DNA of 38,117 nt from Perkinsus olseni (Eukaryota): the NCBI GenBank assembly GCA_013115125.1, contig JABANN010000334.1, positions 1 through 38,117 of the forward strand, given 5' to 3'. The translations under genes were made by a program, and so were the position numbers. The notes beneath the pieces were generated by a model. That model ran no database searches, had not been told where the DNA came from, and worked only from the letters and a program-made list of their open reading frames with translations. Below are positions 34,569-38,117 of this stretch, one piece after another (positions within the stretch are counted from its first letter, which is position 1; every line of letters starts with the position of its first letter).

Positions 34569-37200
34569 ATGTCTGCTAATATTGATAACACATCTTTTTC
34601 TTCACCTTCTACTGCTACAGTCCCGGAGAATATGGCGAGCAGTGGCTCTAAGCAGTCTGACGCTCCCCCGAGCCAAGCACCGCAGGCGGGAGGGGTACCT
34701 GCCAGTATATCAACCAGTTCTACCATGCAGAAGGATCAGGACCATCAGCAGCAACAGCAGCAGATGGGTTCTGGTGTTGGCCCTGTCGACTTGTCTCCAC
34801 ACAGTACGACTGTGCCCAACTCCACCCCCGGCAGCGCCACAATTAACACTACTGCTACCCCTACAATGGCGGCCGCTTCATTGCCCGTAAGTCTCTCCCG
34901 TAGCGTGTATCGGTCACTTATCTTTTTTCCTCAGTCCAACGGGTCGATGAATTATCATGTGGCATCTTCGCCAGCATCTTCGGCATCCCACGCAAGCAGC
35001 AAGGTGAGTATATCGCTATGATTTTTGTGCACAGCTCGCGTATGTTTCGGTGTTTAGGTTCTCTATGTTCGGAATATACCGATGTCCCTGAGCGAGCAGA
35101 ATCTCATAGCTTACTGCCAGTCCTTCGGTCGAGTCACTAATATACTTATCCTCCGAGACAAGCGTCACGGCTTCATCGAGTTCGAGAACGAGACGGAGGC
35201 ACGTCGGTGTCACGCTTACTACAGCGCCAATCCCCTCACTATTGACGGACAGAGGCTTGACTTCGCGATATCTCGTTTCAGTGAGATCACGGGGAGACGC
35301 GTAAGGCAGCTTCAGAAAGTCTCCGTTCTTGTTTGATGTTTTTCTTTCAGTATCCCGATTTACATCCGCCGAACCGTATTCTGCTGTTCACTATCACGAA
35401 CGTGGTTTACCCAGTCAACGTGTCGATGATAGCCCAGGTATGTCGAGTGTTTTCCATCTTGGTCGTTCGAAGTGCGGCGAGTTGATGATTCCTGTGTTAG
35501 GTCATGAGCCGTTATAATGCCCTTGAGAAGGTTGTGATCTTCACTCGAGGGAACGCCACCCACTGTCTTATTCAGATGAGCACATTAGAGGCTGCTGGTA
35601 AGACTCATTCCTCATCAGACTCGAGTTACTGATTATCTGGTTTCTCATTCAGTTGCGGCCAAAACGCAGTTGGACGGGCAGAACATTTTCACTCACTGCA
35701 ACACAATTCGAGTTCAATTCTCTGAGTTGTCCAAATTGGAGGTCAAATATAACAACGAGCGCTCCTGGGATTATACCAATCCCAGCTTACCAAGTGAGTA
35801 TGAGGGCGTGGCCCTCTGATTTTTCTCGATTTTCTGATCTTTCTTTCCCATCCGCCGGCGAGGAATGATTTTCGTCGATTCCTGGGAATTTTCTTACTCA
35901 GGTGGCCCTCCTGGAGCTATGGCCGGCTCTGGCCTCCTTGGTCCTCAGCAGCGAGGTATGAGCGGAGGTAGTAACAGGGATGTGACTGATAACCCGTATA
36001 CTCACAGATGGTTTTCATCAATTGTTTGTGCTGTTCAGTCGCTGCTACTCCAGTCGTGTTTGTTCTCGGGTTGAATGAGAAGGACACAACTCCAGACGAT
36101 CTGGCTGCTCTCTTTGCGGTCTACGGCAACGTCGTAAAGGTGAAGATCATGTACAAGGCGAGGAACAGCGCCCTGGTACTGCTAATGGGGAGCGTCTTGT
36201 CCTCTATAGTCATTGCTCCGTTATCATAGGTTCAAATGCAAACCGTAGGAGAGTGTCATACGGCGATCGCCCACTTGAAGGGCATCAGGCTGCATGGCAA
36301 CAAGTTGACTATGGAGATGAGTAAAGGTGGTCGTGAGTTGCCGCCGATTCCTCCACCGGGTACGTTCTCATTAGTGAACACTCCTGCCGCTCGACCGCAC
36401 TTCTACTCTCAGGCGCCGAGCAAACAGAGGCCGATCGCCTTAGCCGAGATTACACCAGTCAGAGTTACCTGTACGCTCGACATCGTGCAGATCAAACCAG
36501 CCGACCTTTCCCACCCAGCTCCAGTCTGTACTTTTCTAATATGCCTCACGGGACCACAGAAGAGGTAGGTTCGGCGGCCAACTATTCATTCGCTGCACTG
36601 AACATTTTCAGGATCTTCGTGAGTTGCTGGATGCGTCGGGCTGCCAGTATACTGGCATCCGTTTCCTCAACGAGCAGCACCACATGGCTATCGTGCAGTG
36701 TGTCAGCCTTGACAATGCTATCGAAACTCTGTGCCGTGCTCACGCTAAGTAAGCCCACGGCATCTTGAGAATTCGCCTTCAATGCTCCATTTTGCAGGCC
36801 TGTTGGCCATCCTCCAAGGCCAGTTCGTGTGGGATTCGGTAATACTGTACCGAAGCGTCCCGTGACACCTCCGTTCACTCCTGCGCCGGTTGCTGTCATG
36901 CCTACTTTTGCGAATGGTGCCCCCGTCGATCCACTAGCCTACCAGAGTCGCACACCTCCAGTTCAAGCAGCAACACCTGTAGGAGACATGTCCGTGGCCG
37001 GCTCTTCTCAGAAGTCCTTCGAGATGATGAACGGCGTCCGAACTATGCCTAACCCCTACCAAGCTATGATGATGAGCAATGCTCGAACGCCTCCACCAGG
37101 AGTTCAGCGACAAGTCAGTGCAGGTCCGCAGGGCGGGCAGTTGTACTCTTCTTCGCCGAATCCGGTTGGGAGTGCCAATAATGCTCAGCAGCCTTTTTGA
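34569..37200 (+). CDS. PTB/hnRNP-L family 4-RRM protein, paralogue 3, with Q/S-rich N-terminus and P/Q/M-rich C-terminus
   Basis: [11 protein letters not shown]...[48 protein letters not shown]...[59 protein letters not shown]; stop at 37198-37200. Confidence 0.92.
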
Positions 37201-37866
37201 GTAACTGTAACATGATGTTTTCCTGATGTGGGGTAGTGCTACCTTTTGAACGAGTCCGGGTCGTATTGTGATGATGGCGATTGACTGGTGCTGACATCGG
37301 CCTCAGCTGAGGTCGTTGGCAGCGTGGTGATTGCCACTCAGTTTTTTTTTCGAGCGCGCGTCTGTCGCATTGATTCGCTGGAAGTGTTTAGAGGTGGCAG
37401 TTGCGAGGACTGTTGTGCCTTATTGTTTATGGTGGAATCGAAACTATTCGAAGCCCTCATAATGATTATTTTAATCCTGTATTTTCCTTGTAGGGCAATA
37501 CTCCTTGTACTGCTGCTGGTTGCTATTGTGTGCCTCTCTCAATTGTTGGCCTAATAGGTTTATAGCCAGCTGTCGTTGCGCTGAACATCATCATTGTCGT
37601 CTCCACCGGATGTGTCCCAAGAATTTGGGGGAATTCCCATCAGGCATCGTGGTCAGCGTTATGAAAACAGCCATATGTACTACCCGACTCTGTTACCTAT
37701 TTTCTTACTTGATGTAGATAGTGTTTGATAATAATAGCAGCCTGAAAAAGAAATGAACTGAGATTGCGTGAGAGAGGAATTCTCGCGAGAGCGACTTGGT
37801 GTTGAGTTCTAGTTACCTAGTAGTGTGAAACTGGTGCGGCGCACGGTTAATAGCCAATAACCGTCG

Positions 37867-38117
37867 TTAATCGACTGGCTTGTGATTTGACCCTGTCTCC
37901 GATATGAGGCCCGTGGCGTGAGTTTCATTTGGATCTACGGGCAAGTGTGGCTGCGCGCAGCCCAAAGGTTGGTGTACAAGTCCTACCTGGAGGACCTCTG
38001 TCGTTTCCCTTCCGAGTAAGCTTTTCAGGCGTTCTTTACATGGGGTACAGTTCATTGCCTTCGCGTGCCAAACCTCGACTCGAACACAAGACACCACAGG
38101 ATTGGGCTATCATCTTG
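37867..38117 (-). CDS. Possible 3' end of a minus-strand gene entering from beyond the window
   Basis: Open frame ending at 37867, convergent with paralogue 3 across an AT-richer gap. No motif recognised. Confidence 0.25.

Noticed and set aside
1-38117. CRISPR arrays, prokaryotic operons or defence systems, rRNA, transposons
   Set aside because: No regularly spaced repeats or hallmark domains were seen, and the sequence is explained by spliceosomal-intron-containing eukaryotic genes.

Overview
Gene-dense, intron-rich eukaryotic DNA with short GT-AG introns (mostly about 50-130 nt) and small intergenic gaps. The style and gene content suggest an alveolate such as Perkinsus (inference). Most ORF-track entries are exon fragments or shadow ORFs, so gene models below were spliced by eye. 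In order: a weak minus-strand gene, an intronless nucleotide-sugar/TPT-family transporter, a spliced gene ending in an SH3 domain, a kinesin-3, an EF-hand unit, two tandem intronless helical-repeat/RAP-domain genes, a folate/FAD-type mitochondrial carrier, a JmjC oxygenase, a minus-strand coiled-coil gene, a WDR55/JIP5-like WD40 gene and three tandem PTB/hnRNP-L-like 4-RRM paralogues. Most notable: (1) the kinesin-3 has an intact P-loop and switch II but its switch I reads SDRSSVTH instead of NxxSSRSH; (2) two near-identical tRNA-Leu(CAA) genes each lie inside an intron, one sense and one antisense to the host, share an upstream 8-mer and have different terminator designs; (3) one RAP paralogue keeps the nuclease-like motif and the other has lost it; (4) the PTB-like triplication has one divergent copy and candidate autoregulatory tracts. 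No CRISPR array, rRNA or recognisable mobile element was seen.
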